Shown in pieces: positions 18,424 through 28,886 of a DNA stretch of 64,000 bases (positions are counted from its first letter, which is position 1; every line of letters begins with the position of its first letter). Under the pieces are notes generated by a model. It saw only the letters and a list, made by a program, of their open reading frames with translations, made no database searches and was not told the DNA's origin. The DNA is from an uncultured delta proteobacterium. GTDB lineage: Bacteria > Desulfobacterota > Syntrophia > Syntrophales > Smithellaceae. The translations under genes and the position numbers were made by a program. The DNA lies in contig CAWKNI010000002.1 of the NCBI GenBank assembly GCA_963851005.1, positions 6,156-70,155 of the forward strand, in the 5' to 3' direction.

Positions 18424-19368
18424 ATGGGAGAAGGAATCAGCGATTACACAAAAAACTTGATTGATTTAAGGCGGCATATGTGGCTGGAAGGCGTGGAAGT
18501 GGAATTGCGCCGCCTTATCTGGCAAATTGCCGTTGTGGGCAAATATATTTCCGCGAAAATTCATGAGTCCAACAGAAAACTTGCCGGCTTCCAAAATGTT
18601 TATGGTGATGAGCAACTGGCGCTGGATCGCATTTCCGATGATATAATGAGAAATAAGTTGCAATTTTCCGGTTTCGTGCGGGAATACGCTTCGGAAGAAC
18701 TGGAAGATATAGTTAAAATCGGCACCGGCAAAGAAAAGTATATTGTAACGGCCGATCCGCTCGATGGTTCATCACTCGTCGATACCAATTTGGCTATCGG
18801 AACGATTATAGGCATTCATAAAGAATCCATCTTTGATGTCGGCAGAAAAACAATGGTGGCCGCGCTTTACATTACTTATGGTCCGCTGATTACGATGATC
18901 TATTCGGCGGGAAAGGGCGCGCATGAATTTGTTCTCGATCGGGAAGGCGAGTATGTTTTATCTCAAGAAAATATCAGACTGAAGGAGAAGGGTTCCATCT
19001 TTTCGCCGGGCGGACTGCGCCGTGACTGGACGCCGGAACATCTTAATTTTGTCGAACGGTTGGAGCGAGACGGTTACAAATTGCGATACAGCGGCGGTTT
19101 TGTTCCCGACATCAATCAAATTCTGATAAAGAAAGGCGGCATTTTTACTTATCCCGCCCTGAAAAAATCTCCTCAGGGAAAGTTGCGCCTGCTGTTTGAA
19201 TTGCAGCCCATGGCGTTTATTATGGAACAAGCCGGAGGCCTTGCGACCGACGGCAATCAGGATATTTTGTCCATCAAGGTAGAAAATGTTAATCAGATCT
19301 CGCCGATTTATATCGGCAGCGTTACCGAAGTGCAAATGGCAAAGGAGTTCTTATCATCACAGGAATAA
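18424..19368 (+). CDS. fbp: Fructose-1,6-bisphosphatase, class 1
   Basis: 314-aa ORF with EELEDIV..YIVTADPLDGSS..D.N..IGTI metal-binding motifs and C-terminal GG..YP / LRLL.E..PMAF..EQAGG. Confidence 0.88.
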   Translation: MGEGISDYTKNLIDLRRHMWLEGVEVELRRLIWQIAVVGKYISAKIHESNRKLAGFQNVYGDEQLALDRISDDIMRNKLQFSGFVREYASEELEDIVKIGTGKEKYIVTADPLDGSSLVDTNLAIGTIIGIHKESIFDVGRKTMVAALYITYGPLITMIYSAGKGAHEFVLDREGEYVLSQENIRLKEKGSIFSPGGLRRDWTPEHLNFVERLERDGYKLRYSGGFVPDINQILIKKGGIFTYPALKKSPQGKLRLLFELQPMAFIMEQAGGLATDGNQDILSIKVENVNQISPIYIGSVTEVQMAKEFLSSQE

Positions 19369-19389
19369 TACATATTGCGAGGATTAATT

Positions 19390-20784
19390 ATGATTTGCGA
19401 AGACAAGAAACAATTACTAAATGAATGTGCGAAAATCGTGGAACTGGACGGCAATGATGTTCGCATTCCGGATGAAGCAAAACTGAAAAACGAATTGATT
19501 GATGATTTGATTTTAACGGCGATATTCAGTTCCGATCAGGCAACTAGGGAAGCCGCCCGCTGGCTGATTCGGCGCGCCGGCGTCGCGTGTGGCATTGTTT
19601 CCGCTTCGATTCAACCGCTGTATGAGGCGATGGGAAGGGGAGAACTAAAGGGCTTCACTGTTCCGGCGATTAATATCCGGGGGCTGACTTACGATGCGGC
19701 TCAAGCTGTTTTTCGCGCGGCAATTAAAGGGCAGGTGGGCCCGGCGATTTTCGAAATTGCCCGTTCGGAAATTGACTATACATTGCAAAGGCCGATTGAA
19801 TATATATGTGCCGTGACTGCCGCCGCGATAAAGACCGGATATAGCGGGCCGATTTTTCTGCAGGGAGATCATTTTCAAATAAATGCCAAGAAATTTGCCG
19901 CCGATGCGGCTAAAGAAACACAAGCGGTAAAAAATTTAATTTGGGAAGCAATTGAAGCCGGATTTTACAATATTGATATCGACACTTCCACTCTGGTGGA
20001 TCTGACAAAAGCATCGGTCAAGGAACAGCAAAAGATGAATTACAGTCTGGCGGCTGAGCTGACCACGATGATCCGTGATTTGGAACCGGAAGGTATTATA
20101 ATATCAGTGGGCGGAGAGATAGGCGAGGTCGGCGGGAAAAACAGCACAGTGGAAGAGCTTCAGGCTTTTATGGAAGGGTATCTGGGAGAACTCAAAAAGG
20201 GCGGTGAATCACTGAAAGGTATAAGCAAAATCAGCGTCCAGACGGGAACAACACATGGGGGCGTTCCTCTGGCGGACGGTAGCGTGGCCAAAGTTAAAAT
20301 TGATTTTGAAGTTTTACAAAAATTATCTGAAGTGGCGCGTTCACAATACGGACTTTCCGGAGCCGTCCAGCACGGCGCATCCACTCTTCCCGATGAAGCC
20401 TTTGATCGGTTTCCGGCTATGGGCACAGCCGAGATTCATCTGGCCACCGGTTTCCAAAATATTATTTATGACAGTTCCAATTTTCCCAAAAATTTGAAAG
20501 ACAAAGTTTACGAATATATAAAAACTCAACTCAAAAACGAATGGAAGGAAAAGGATACCGAGGAACAGTTTATTTACAAGACGCGTAAAAAAGGGTTCGG
20601 TCCGTTCAAACTGGAAATGTGGCATCTGCCGGCCGAGACGCGCGAAAAGTTAGGCGGTGAACTGGAAAAACAATTTACTTTTTTATTTGAAAAACTCAAA
20701 GTTACTTCGACGCAAAAAATCGTTGAGAAATATGTTCAGCCGGTGGATGTGCAACTGGAACTTCCTGCCGCCTTGAAAGGCTGA
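19390..20784 (+). CDS. Class II fructose/ketose-bisphosphate aldolase family protein (long form)
   Basis: Start moved to ATG 19390 (RBS GAGGA). FTVPAINIRG, LQGDHFQ and AVQHGASTLPDE match class II aldolase signatures. Confidence 0.8.
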   Translation: MICEDKKQLLNECAKIVELDGNDVRIPDEAKLKNELIDDLILTAIFSSDQATREAARWLIRRAGVACGIVSASIQPLYEAMGRGELKGFTVPAINIRGLTYDAAQAVFRAAIKGQVGPAIFEIARSEIDYTLQRPIEYICAVTAAAIKTGYSGPIFLQGDHFQINAKKFAADAAKETQAVKNLIWEAIEAGFYNIDIDTSTLVDLTKASVKEQQKMNYSLAAELTTMIRDLEPEGIIISVGGEIGEVGGKNSTVEELQAFMEGYLGELKKGGESLKGISKISVQTGTTHGGVPLADGSVAKVKIDFEVLQKLSEVARSQYGLSGAVQHGASTLPDEAFDRFPAMGTAEIHLATGFQNIIYDSSNFPKNLKDKVYEYIKTQLKNEWKEKDTEEQFIYKTRKKGFGPFKLEMWHLPAETREKLGGELEKQFTFLFEKLKVTSTQKIVEKYVQPVDVQLELPAALKG

Positions 20785-20797
20785 AGTAAAATCGACT

Positions 20798-20852
20798 GTA
20801 ATCCCGCGACTTGGAATCCCAGGCTCCAGCCGGAGGCTCACTGCCACCCGCT
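20798..20852. repeat. Copy of the AATCCCGCGACTTG...GGCTCC-GCCGG repeat family
   Basis: GTAATCCCGCGACTTGGAATCCCAGGCTCCAGCCGGAGG resembles TGAATCCCGCGACTTGCAATTTCCCGGCTCCTGCCGGGGG at 32793-32840. Confidence 0.6.
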
Positions 20853-20886
20853 ACTCGGTTAAATTAGTTGATGGAATAATGACTGA

Positions 20887-21915
20887 ATGAAAGCGGCAAT
20901 CTTAGAGAAGATAACCGGTTTAGAAGAAAACAAGCAGCCCCTGAAAATTGTTGAAGCGCCTAATCCTGTGTTTGAGGCCGGGGAAATCCTGATTAAAATA
21001 TCCGCCTGCGGCGTCTGTCATACGGAACTGGACGAGATTGAAGGAAGAACTCCTCCAGCGAGATTGCCGATAATTCCGGGGCATCAAGCGGTCGGCATTG
21101 TTGCTCATCGCGGCAAGCTGGCAAAAAAATTTGAAATCGGCGCCAGAGTAGGAATAGGCTGGATTAACTATGCTTGTGGCCGGTGCCCGGCTTGCGTTTC
21201 CGGGAATGAAAATCTCTGCGGTGATTTCAGAGCAACGGGCAGGGATGTCGATGGCGGTTATGCCGAATATCTGGCGATAGCGGAGAATTTCGCTTTTGTC
21301 ATTCCTGAGGTTTTTTCCGATGTTCAGGCGGCGCCGCTGTTATGCGCAGGAGCTATAGGATATCGTTCTCTTCGCTTGGCCAATTTAGCCGATGGACAGC
21401 GTCTTGGGCTGGCCGGATTCGGCGCTTCCGCTCATCTCGTTTTGAAGATGGTTCGTTACCGCTACCCACATGCGGAAATATTCGTCTTTGCCCGCAACAA
21501 AGATGAACAGAGTTTCGCCCGCGAACTGGGCGCTGTCTGGGCGGGGGATATCAGCGCGGAATCTCCGAAGAAGCTCAATGCCATTATTGATACAACGCCG
21601 GTGTGGAAAACGATTGTTGAGGCTTTAAAAAATTTGGAACCGGCCGGAAGGTTAATCATTAACGCAATCCGTAAAGAAGACAGGGATAAGAATTATCTTC
21701 TGCAACTGGACTATGGAAATCATCTTTGGCTGGAAAAAGAAATAAAAAGTGTGGCCAATGTAACACGCCGTGATATCGAGGAATTTTTAACTCTGGCCGC
21801 TCGAATACCCATAATACCCGAAGTGGAGGAATATCCGCTTGACGAAGCCAATCGCGCTCTTGCCGAACTGAAAGAAGGAAAAATCCGCGGCGCCAAAGTT
21901 TTGAGAATCAGTTGA
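20887..21915 (+). CDS. Zinc-dependent alcohol dehydrogenase
   Basis: 342-aa ORF with catalytic zinc motif GVCHTELDEIEG, structural zinc CGRCPACVSGNENLC, and Rossmann GLAGFGASAH. Confidence 0.85.
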   Translation: MKAAILEKITGLEENKQPLKIVEAPNPVFEAGEILIKISACGVCHTELDEIEGRTPPARLPIIPGHQAVGIVAHRGKLAKKFEIGARVGIGWINYACGRCPACVSGNENLCGDFRATGRDVDGGYAEYLAIAENFAFVIPEVFSDVQAAPLLCAGAIGYRSLRLANLADGQRLGLAGFGASAHLVLKMVRYRYPHAEIFVFARNKDEQSFARELGAVWAGDISAESPKKLNAIIDTTPVWKTIVEALKNLEPAGRLIINAIRKEDRDKNYLLQLDYGNHLWLEKEIKSVANVTRRDIEEFLTLAARIPIIPEVEEYPLDEANRALAELKEGKIRGAKVLRIS

Positions 21916-21923
21916 ACTTATTT

Positions 21924-22769
21924 TTAAGTTTCATCCTGCCACGTTACAATATACTCCAGTGATTTTTCTTTCGGGGCAGTTGTATCTGTTTGCCATTTTC
22001 CCTTAAGGCCAGTCTCCTGCGCGGTTAACGCAAAATGACACATCGCGATACCCATATCGATATTTTGCAGAGAAACAGGCAACAAAACATTATAGCCGAA
22101 AGCGTGGGAGAGATAAAAATGAAAATTATTTTTTTTCGCTTCCCGTAAAATACGCCAGGGCTGTTTGTTGCCGGCTGAAGGAGCAAGCCGCAGATTTTCC
22201 AGCGCCTCCGCGTATTTCCCCGCTTGCGCCTGCGTCAAAGGCTGCGAAAAATTTTCGTCAAAGAAAATATCAGACCAGGGTTTTCTATTGCCGGCGCCGA
22301 CGCCCCAGCGCATCATTTTTTCTGTAATTGATTTTTGTTGAGCCGGATATCCGACGGGGCTTATAGTGGGCAGTAATTCACCTTCCCGCAAGTCAATTGC
22401 TTGAGCAAACCTGCTGCGCTGCAAAGTTCCACCCAGCCAGCAAGTTCCCAATCCCAATTGTGTTGCCTGTAGAATCAAATTCTCCTTACAATATCCGTAG
22501 TCTTCCATCGCCAGATGACCGTCCTGAACACTGCCCACAAGAAAAATCTGAGCGTTTTTAATTATGCCATATGTGCCCAATTTCTTCCATTCCTGAGGCG
22601 TTAATGAAGTCAGCTTGATTAATTTGAATTTCGGTTGATTGCCGAATGGCCCTGTATGAACGGCGTTAATTGAAGCGGAAAACTCCTTAAGAACTTTATC
22701 TTCAATAGGTCGTTCCGAATAGGTTCGACAGGATAGGCGCTTTTTGATTATTTCGGTTATTTCCGGCAT
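21924..22769 (-). CDS. Nitroreductase-family protein
   Basis: 281-aa ORF. RLSCRTYSERPIED and APSAGNKQPWR are typical nitroreductase motifs. Confidence 0.75.
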   Translation of the reverse strand: MPEITEIIKKRLSCRTYSERPIEDKVLKEFSASINAVHTGPFGNQPKFKLIKLTSLTPQEWKKLGTYGIIKNAQIFLVGSVQDGHLAMEDYGYCKENLILQATQLGLGTCWLGGTLQRSRFAQAIDLREGELLPTISPVGYPAQQKSITEKMMRWGVGAGNRKPWSDIFFDENFSQPLTQAQAGKYAEALENLRLAPSAGNKQPWRILREAKKNNFHFYLSHAFGYNVLLPVSLQNIDMGIAMCHFALTAQETGLKGKWQTDTTAPKEKSLEYIVTWQDET

Positions 22770-22865
22770 ATATTTTCCTCCAAAATTGTTGTTGGCAAAA
22801 TTCTTTTGTAAATGTATTATAGGCCTATATTATAAGAAAATATATTTGTAAAGTTTGTTCAATGT

Positions 22866-24446
22866 TTGTGGGAGTGCATTGTGAAGATAGCCAGTACTGA
22901 CGAAATGCGTTTAATGGATCGTTATGCCATTGAGAAGTTGGGGATTGCCGAAGAAATTCTGATGGAGAATGCCGGCATTGCCGCGGTTGATGTGCTGCGA
23001 AACAAAACCGGCATACGCGATAAGAGATTTGTCATTTTTTGCGGTTCCGGCAATAACGGCGGTGACGGGCTGGTCGTCGCCCGCCTGCTTCATTCCGGAG
23101 GCGGCCGGGTAAAAATATTTTTACTTGGCGATGCCGGCAGGTATCGAGAAGCGGCAAAAACAAATATGGCGATAATTGCTCGTCTGCCGATAGAGGTAGT
23201 TAAACTGGAAGGCGCGGCGGCCGCCAAAAAGGATGTTGCCCATAGTGATGTTGTTATTGACGCAATTTTCGGCACCGGCCTGGATCGTCCAGTTGCCGGA
23301 TTGGCCGCGGAAGTAATAGCGCTGATCAACAGAAGCAAAAAGAAAGTTTTATCTCTCGATATTCCTTCCGGCATTAACGGCAATACCGGCGAAGTAATGG
23401 AAATAGCCGTTAAAGCGGATTATACAGTTACTTTCGGTTTGCCAAAAATTGGCAACATGCTTTATCCCGGCTATGAATATGGCGGGGAATTATTTGTCAG
23501 CCACATTTCCTTCCCGCCATCGCTGACTGAAGGCAACGATCTCAAAATTGCAACCAATGATTATGTGGCGTTGCCCGGGCGGCCTGTCGAAGCCTATAAA
23601 GGTTCAATCGGCGATGTTCTTTTTATTGCGGGAGCGGCTAATTACTATGGCGCCCCGTATTTCGCGGCCATGTCCTTTTTAAAATCAGGCGGCGGTTACG
23701 CGCGGCTGGCCGCGCCGCGGTGTGCCGTTCCGGTTATTGCGAAGCGGGGCAGGGAGATTGTTTATTTGCCGCAGGAAGAGACAGCGGCAGGAAGCATTGC
23801 CCTTAAGAACAAAAGAAAATTGCTGGAGGCGGCGGCAAAAGTTGATATGGTGGTTATCGGCCCCGGCCTTTCCTTGCAGGAAGAGACGGTAAAGCTCGTC
23901 AAAGAACTGGCAGTTGCAATCAAAGTTCCTCTGCTCATCGATGGTGACGGTCTTACCGCAATTGCTGAAAATATAGGGATATTAAGCAGACGGAAATCCC
24001 CGACAATCCTGACTCCGCACATGGGGGAAATGTCGCGGCTTACCGGAGTGCCTGCTGCGGAAATCAGCCGCAACAAAATTGCGGTTTTGTGGGAGACGAC
24101 AGAAAAACTTAAAGCTACGATTATTTTGAAAGGCGCGCATTCACTGATTGGCGCTAGGGGCGGCAACGTTTATATCAATTTTAGCGGCAATGCCGGGATG
24201 GCCACAGCCGGTTCGGGCGATGTCCTCACCGGCTGCATTGCGGCAATGTATGGATTGGGATTAAAGCCTGATGAGGCGGCGCGCAAGGGAGTATTTCTCC
24301 ACGGCTATGCCGGGGATCTGGCGGCGGCAAAAAAAGGCGCCGACGGCATCACCGCAAAGGATATTATGGAATCTCTGCCGCAGGCGCTGAAGCACGACCG
24401 TTCAGGAGTTATCGGTGCAAAATATTATGAACCGTTCAAAGCATAG
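22866..24446 (+). CDS. nnr: Bifunctional NAD(P)H-hydrate repair enzyme (epimerase + ADP-dependent dehydratase)
   Basis: 526-aa ORF with a TTG start. YjeF-N domain (CGSGNNGGDGLVVAR, DAIFGTGL) and C-terminal carbohydrate-kinase domain (GPGL..., AGSGDVLTG). Confidence 0.88.
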   Translation: MWECIVKIASTDEMRLMDRYAIEKLGIAEEILMENAGIAAVDVLRNKTGIRDKRFVIFCGSGNNGGDGLVVARLLHSGGGRVKIFLLGDAGRYREAAKTNMAIIARLPIEVVKLEGAAAAKKDVAHSDVVIDAIFGTGLDRPVAGLAAEVIALINRSKKKVLSLDIPSGINGNTGEVMEIAVKADYTVTFGLPKIGNMLYPGYEYGGELFVSHISFPPSLTEGNDLKIATNDYVALPGRPVEAYKGSIGDVLFIAGAANYYGAPYFAAMSFLKSGGGYARLAAPRCAVPVIAKRGREIVYLPQEETAAGSIALKNKRKLLEAAAKVDMVVIGPGLSLQEETVKLVKELAVAIKVPLLIDGDGLTAIAENIGILSRRKSPTILTPHMGEMSRLTGVPAAEISRNKIAVLWETTEKLKATIILKGAHSLIGARGGNVYINFSGNAGMATAGSGDVLTGCIAAMYGLGLKPDEAARKGVFLHGYAGDLAAAKKGADGITAKDIMESLPQALKHDRSGVIGAKYYEPFKA

Positions 24447-26262
24447 GGGCGACTCTGTGAAGAATAAATCACTCCGGGTATTAATGGTTGAAGATTCGGA
24501 GGATGATGCACTGCTGGTTATCCGGGCGCTGAAAAAAGGCGGATACGATCCGGTGTATGAGCGGGTGGAAACCGCCGCTGCCATGAAAAAAGCCCTCAAA
24601 GGGAAACAATGGGACATTATCCTTTGTGATTATAAAATGCCAAAATTCAGCGGCCCTTCAGCCATAGCCGCATTAAAGGAAACAAATATCGACATTCCTT
24701 TCATCATTGTATCCGGAGTTATGAATGAAGATGAAGCCGTTGAATGTATGCGTTTAGGCGCTAATGATTATATCATGAAGGGTAACCTATCCCGTCTTTG
24801 CCCGGCCATAGACAGAGAATTAAAAGAGTTAAAAGTTAAAAACAAGCAAAAGCAGGCGGAATCTCCAAGAAGGGATGCACTCGAAGAACTGCGTCGGAGC
24901 GAGGAGAAATATCGAAGTATTCTTGATAGCATGCAGGAAGGCTATTTTGAGGTTGATCTTGCCGGCAACTTCACCTTTTTCAACGATTCAACGTGCTTAC
25001 TCCTCGGCTATTCCCAAGAGGAAATGATGGGCATGAATAACCGGCAATATACAGACAAAGAAAACACAAAAATACTTTTTAAAACGTTTAATGAAGTCTA
25101 TAGAACAGGGAAACCCGCCAAAGAATTCAATTGGCAGGTTATAAGAAAAGATGGGACAAATAAATTCTTTGAAACATCTGTATGGTTACTAAAAGATTCA
25201 ACAGATAAACTAACCGGGTTTAGAGGGATTATACGCGATAATACCGAACGCAAAAAGGTGGAAGAAGCCCTACGGGAGAGCGAGGAAAAATACCGGACCA
25301 TCCTCAAAGATATGGATGACATTTACTTTGAAGTAGATATCAAGGGGAATATCACGTTCGTTAATTCTTCTTGCTGTAAAACGAGCGGATACTCTGAGGA
25401 GGAACTGCTTGGAATCTCTTTTACGAAAATCAGTATACCTGATGGTATTGAAATGGTCAGGCAATATTTTGGCGAAATTTTCCTGACAGGCAAAACAGGT
25501 AAACCGTTTTTATGGAATTTAATGAAAAAAAACGGGGAACAGGGATTTTTTGAATTAGTCGCATCCTTGATCAGGGACAAACAAGGTAAACCTATAGGAT
25601 TCCGGGGAATAGGACGAGATATTACCGAGCGAAAACGGGCCGAAGATTTGCTTAAACAGACCCTTGCCAGTCTCCGTAAAGCTTTCGGCGCAATCATTAA
25701 GGTCATGATATCAGCCGTAGAGGCGAGAGATCCTTATACGTCAGGTCATCAGACCAGGTCTGCGGATATTGCCAGGTCTATTGCCACGGAGATGGGATTA
25801 CCCGCTGATAAAATTGACGGAATCCGGCTGGCCGGTTCCATCCATGACATTGGAAAATTATCTATTCCAGCGGAAATATTGGCCAAGCCTACTAAATTGA
25901 CAGACCTTGAGTTTTCTCTGATAAAAGAGCATCCCCAAATCGGGTACGAGATGCTCAAAGATGTTGAATCCCCGTGGCCGCTGGCGGAAATTGTTTATCA
26001 GCACCATGAGCGAATGAACGGATCCGGATACCCAAGAAAACTGAAAGGAGATGAAATTATCCTGGAGGCGAGAATTATGGCTGTATCCGACGTGGTGGAG
26101 GCCATGGCTTCGCACCGTCCCTATCGTGCCAGCTTGGGTATTGATGCTGCCCTGGAAGAGATCGAAAAAAATAAAGGGATTCTTTATGATGCCGCTGTCG
26201 TCGAAGCCTGTCTCAGATTATTTCGGGAGAAAAATTTCCATATTCGAAAGGCGCCGGAGTAA
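24415..26262 (+). CDS. Response regulator: receiver + two PAS domains + HD-GYP phosphodiesterase domain
   Basis: 615-aa ORF. REC (RVLMVEDSEDD...DIILCDYKMP), two coiled-coil/PAS units (EEKYRSILDSMQEGYFEVD, EEKYRTILKDMDDIYFEVD), and HD..HDIGK plus HHERMNGSGYP. An alternative GTG start at 24457 would remove the overlap with nnr. Confidence 0.85.
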   Translation: MQNIMNRSKHRGDSVKNKSLRVLMVEDSEDDALLVIRALKKGGYDPVYERVETAAAMKKALKGKQWDIILCDYKMPKFSGPSAIAALKETNIDIPFIIVSGVMNEDEAVECMRLGANDYIMKGNLSRLCPAIDRELKELKVKNKQKQAESPRRDALEELRRSEEKYRSILDSMQEGYFEVDLAGNFTFFNDSTCLLLGYSQEEMMGMNNRQYTDKENTKILFKTFNEVYRTGKPAKEFNWQVIRKDGTNKFFETSVWLLKDSTDKLTGFRGIIRDNTERKKVEEALRESEEKYRTILKDMDDIYFEVDIKGNITFVNSSCCKTSGYSEEELLGISFTKISIPDGIEMVRQYFGEIFLTGKTGKPFLWNLMKKNGEQGFFELVASLIRDKQGKPIGFRGIGRDITERKRAEDLLKQTLASLRKAFGAIIKVMISAVEARDPYTSGHQTRSADIARSIATEMGLPADKIDGIRLAGSIHDIGKLSIPAEILAKPTKLTDLEFSLIKEHPQIGYEMLKDVESPWPLAEIVYQHHERMNGSGYPRKLKGDEIILEARIMAVSDVVEAMASHRPYRASLGIDAALEEIEKNKGILYDAAVVEACLRLFREKNFHIRKAPE

Positions 26263-26413
26263 ATATTATAAAAAAATTTTTAAATGGCGATTCTAATTGA
26301 CGGAAAGTGTCATTAAGTAATTTATACCGCCGGTTGACTTTGTCTTTGCGATAGCTTATAACTCTTATACCAATTTGCAGTCAAAAGTATACCGAGGCGG
26401 CAAGGAAGAGGCG

Positions 26414-26513
26414 ACGCAGGCGTATTCTAATATACGTCGAGGAGCGGATGACCCCGGCCTGCGCCGGGGCAGGCTGTGCCAACAAAGGTAGACGAATGAA
26501 TGCGAATGGGTAT
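26414..26513. repeat. 100-bp repeat element, copy 1 (inverted partner at 28886-28985)
   Basis: Manual alignment to the reverse complement of 28886-28985 gives 96/100 identical positions. Contains the hairpin CCCCGGC-CTGC-GCCGGGG. Confidence 0.9.
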
Positions 26514-26540
26514 AATGTAATTTTATATTCATCAGGCTAT

Positions 26541-27839
26541 ATGAAAAAAACAGTAAGCATAGTAATTATTTTTATTCTTCTTTTTGGCGCTTTCCTGATA
26601 CAGGCCGTGGGTGCCGATTCGTCCGCCACATACAAATTTTCTGATCAGGAAATTGACGAACTCCTCGCGCCTATCGCCCTTTATCCTGATCCCCTGCTGG
26701 CTGTGATGTTGCCGGCCTCAACGTATCCGGAGGAAATTGACGAAGCGGAAGCATGGTTGAAAAAAGGCGGGACTGTCTCAGACATTAACGGACAGAGTTG
26801 GGATGAATCTGTCAAGGCAATTGCATACTATCCGGACATTTTGGACATGATGACCGGAGATTTGGACTGGACTGCCGATCTTGGCGAGGCCTTTCTTAAC
26901 CAGCAGGAAGATGTGACAAGATCAATTCAGCGTCTCCGATGGCAGGCTAGAGACATCGGCAATCTGGAGAGTAACAATAATCAGCAGGTTATTATCGACG
27001 GGGAAAACATCGAGATCATCCCGGCTCAACCGGAGTATGTGTATGTTCCCCAGTATGATGACTCTGTTGTATATGAAGAAGAATGGGCTCAGGGCTCTCC
27101 ACCCTTTATAACCTATGGTTTAGGTCTGGCAATTGGGGGCTGGTTGAGTATGGATTTCGACTGGCGCAACCATCACATAATCTATCACGGCTGGAATCGG
27201 CCGGGCTGGGTCAATCATGCCAAGCCTTATATCCACGTGACCAATGTTTATGTCAACAGAAGCAAGCCTTTCATAAATCAGGTATGGAGGCATGACATGT
27301 CCCACGGCGATCCTGAAAAATTCCGGGCATCACAACCCGGTCGCGCCGGCACAGGCTGGTTTGCACGCATGTCTGAAGCTAGGGGAAGAGATACAACATC
27401 GACAAAGCGCACGGGAGCAATCTTCGGTCCCGGGGGCGACACCAGTTCATTCAGCAATCGCGGCAGGCAAAGCCTTGGCGCAATCAATCAACGCCAGACG
27501 TCACCGACAGCCAGAGTTAGTAAACAACCATCCATGCCAGATTCTGGGCAAACTTCTGGTATCGGCCACGGCTCTTCACAGTTCCGTCCTGCCGCCGAAA
27601 GCGTACAGTCCCCCAAAACACCATCAGTTACCTTTGGCGGTTATAGGGGAGGAAATGAGGCAAGGGCTCAGAGCCTCCGCGGTCGGTTTAGCCGTCAGAG
27701 CGTTACTGAAATACGGCCATCAGCACAGCCTCGTTCTGCCGGACAAAGCATGCAGTCTTCCGGTATACCATCCGCCCCTGCAAGCAGAGGGAGTGCTTAT
27801 GAGGGGAGGGGTTCCTCCGGAGACAAACATGGTCGTTAG
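26541..27839 (+). CDS. DUF3300-family secreted protein with low-complexity C-terminal tail
   Basis: Start moved to ATG 26541 (signal peptide MKKTVSIVIIFILLFGAFLIQAVGA). LLAPIALYPDPLLAVMLPASTYPEEIDEAEAWL is the DUF3300 signature. The C-terminus is S/R/G/Q-rich. Confidence 0.8.
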   Translation: MKKTVSIVIIFILLFGAFLIQAVGADSSATYKFSDQEIDELLAPIALYPDPLLAVMLPASTYPEEIDEAEAWLKKGGTVSDINGQSWDESVKAIAYYPDILDMMTGDLDWTADLGEAFLNQQEDVTRSIQRLRWQARDIGNLESNNNQQVIIDGENIEIIPAQPEYVYVPQYDDSVVYEEEWAQGSPPFITYGLGLAIGGWLSMDFDWRNHHIIYHGWNRPGWVNHAKPYIHVTNVYVNRSKPFINQVWRHDMSHGDPEKFRASQPGRAGTGWFARMSEARGRDTTSTKRTGAIFGPGGDTSSFSNRGRQSLGAINQRQTSPTARVSKQPSMPDSGQTSGIGHGSSQFRPAAESVQSPKTPSVTFGGYRGGNEARAQSLRGRFSRQSVTEIRPSAQPRSAGQSMQSSGIPSAPASRGSAYEGRGSSGDKHGR

Positions 27840-27893
27840 CAAATGTCGTTTTTTTGTGTAAAAATTTTTTTAGCAACAGAGGATTTAATAAAT

Positions 27894-28886
27894 ATGGAAA
27901 GGAAGGGAATTATGGGTACAAGAAAGCAGAAACCAGCATGCCACCCATTATGGGGAAATGCTTTCATCGTTTTGTTTTTATTAACCGCAGTGTTTGTTTT
28001 TGCGTGGACTATACCTGTAGTCGGGGCGGCATCGCAGGATATCTTTTTCTCTCCCGAAGACGCCTTGAAAAGTCTTACTGATGCCGTCAAAACAAGAGAC
28101 AAAGCAGCGCTGAATCAGATTTTTGGGCCTTCCGGAGAAGACCTTCTTTCCGGCGACAAGGTACAGGATGCGGCGGAATTTGAAGAGCTTGCCAAACATC
28201 TGGCTGAAAAAACCAGCCTTGTAAAAGACGGCGATTCAAAGGTGATCCTGCATATAGGAAACGAGAATTGGCCCTTTCCTATTCCCCTAATGAAAAAAGA
28301 TAATCAATGGTTCTTTGACACAAAAGCAGGTAAAGAAGAGATACTGAACCGCAGGATCGGGGAAAACGAACTTACCGCGATGCTGGTCAGTCGCGCCTAC
28401 GTGAAAGCGCAGCGTGAGTATGCGCTTAAAGACTGGGATGGCGACGGGATACTTGCCTACGCGCAGAAATTCAGGAGCGATCACGGGAAAAGAAACGGCC
28501 TCTTCTGGAGAAGCGCTCCGGGAGAAGAGGTCAGTCCCTTGGGTGAACTTGTAGCAAGAGCCTGGCATGAGGGGTACAAGAAGGATAAAAAAGCATTCAG
28601 GGAGGAGCCACTGACGCCTTTTCACGGCTACTATTTCAAGACATTAACGAGTCAGGGAAAGAATGCGCCGGGAGGAAAATATAACTATATCATTAACGGT
28701 AACATGGTTGGAGGATTTGCTCTAGTCGCTTTTCCATCGAACTGGGGAAAATCAGGGGTCATGACCTTTATTGTCAATCAGCAGGGAAAAGTATATCAGA
28801 AAAATCTTGGGCCGGACACAGCAAAGATTGCGCAGGATATGAAATCATACAATCCCGATGCAACATGGACAAATGTTAAAGAATAA
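27894..28886 (+). CDS. DUF2950-family secreted protein
   Basis: Start moved to ATG 27894, followed by a TM/signal segment. FHGYYFKTLTSQGKNAPGGKYNYIINGNMVGGFALVAFPSNWGKSGVMTFIVNQQGKVYQKNLG matches the DUF2950 core. Confidence 0.8.
   Translation: MERKGIMGTRKQKPACHPLWGNAFIVLFLLTAVFVFAWTIPVVGAASQDIFFSPEDALKSLTDAVKTRDKAALNQIFGPSGEDLLSGDKVQDAAEFEELAKHLAEKTSLVKDGDSKVILHIGNENWPFPIPLMKKDNQWFFDTKAGKEEILNRRIGENELTAMLVSRAYVKAQREYALKDWDGDGILAYAQKFRSDHGKRNGLFWRSAPGEEVSPLGELVARAWHEGYKKDKKAFREEPLTPFHGYYFKTLTSQGKNAPGGKYNYIINGNMVGGFALVAFPSNWGKSGVMTFIVNQQGKVYQKNLGPDTAKIAQDMKSYNPDATWTNVKE

Noticed and set aside
26448-26540. N-terminal extension of the DUF3300 ORF (MTPACAGAGCANKGRRMNANGY...), and the similar ORF 28796-29095
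   Set aside because: These residues are the translation of the 100-bp repeat element in two orientations. The real start is the signal-peptide Met at 26541.
27292-27861. 189-aa alternative-frame ORF inside the DUF3300 gene
   Set aside because: It lies in the low-complexity 3' part of a gene whose frame is supported by the DUF3300 signature upstream. No independent start signals.
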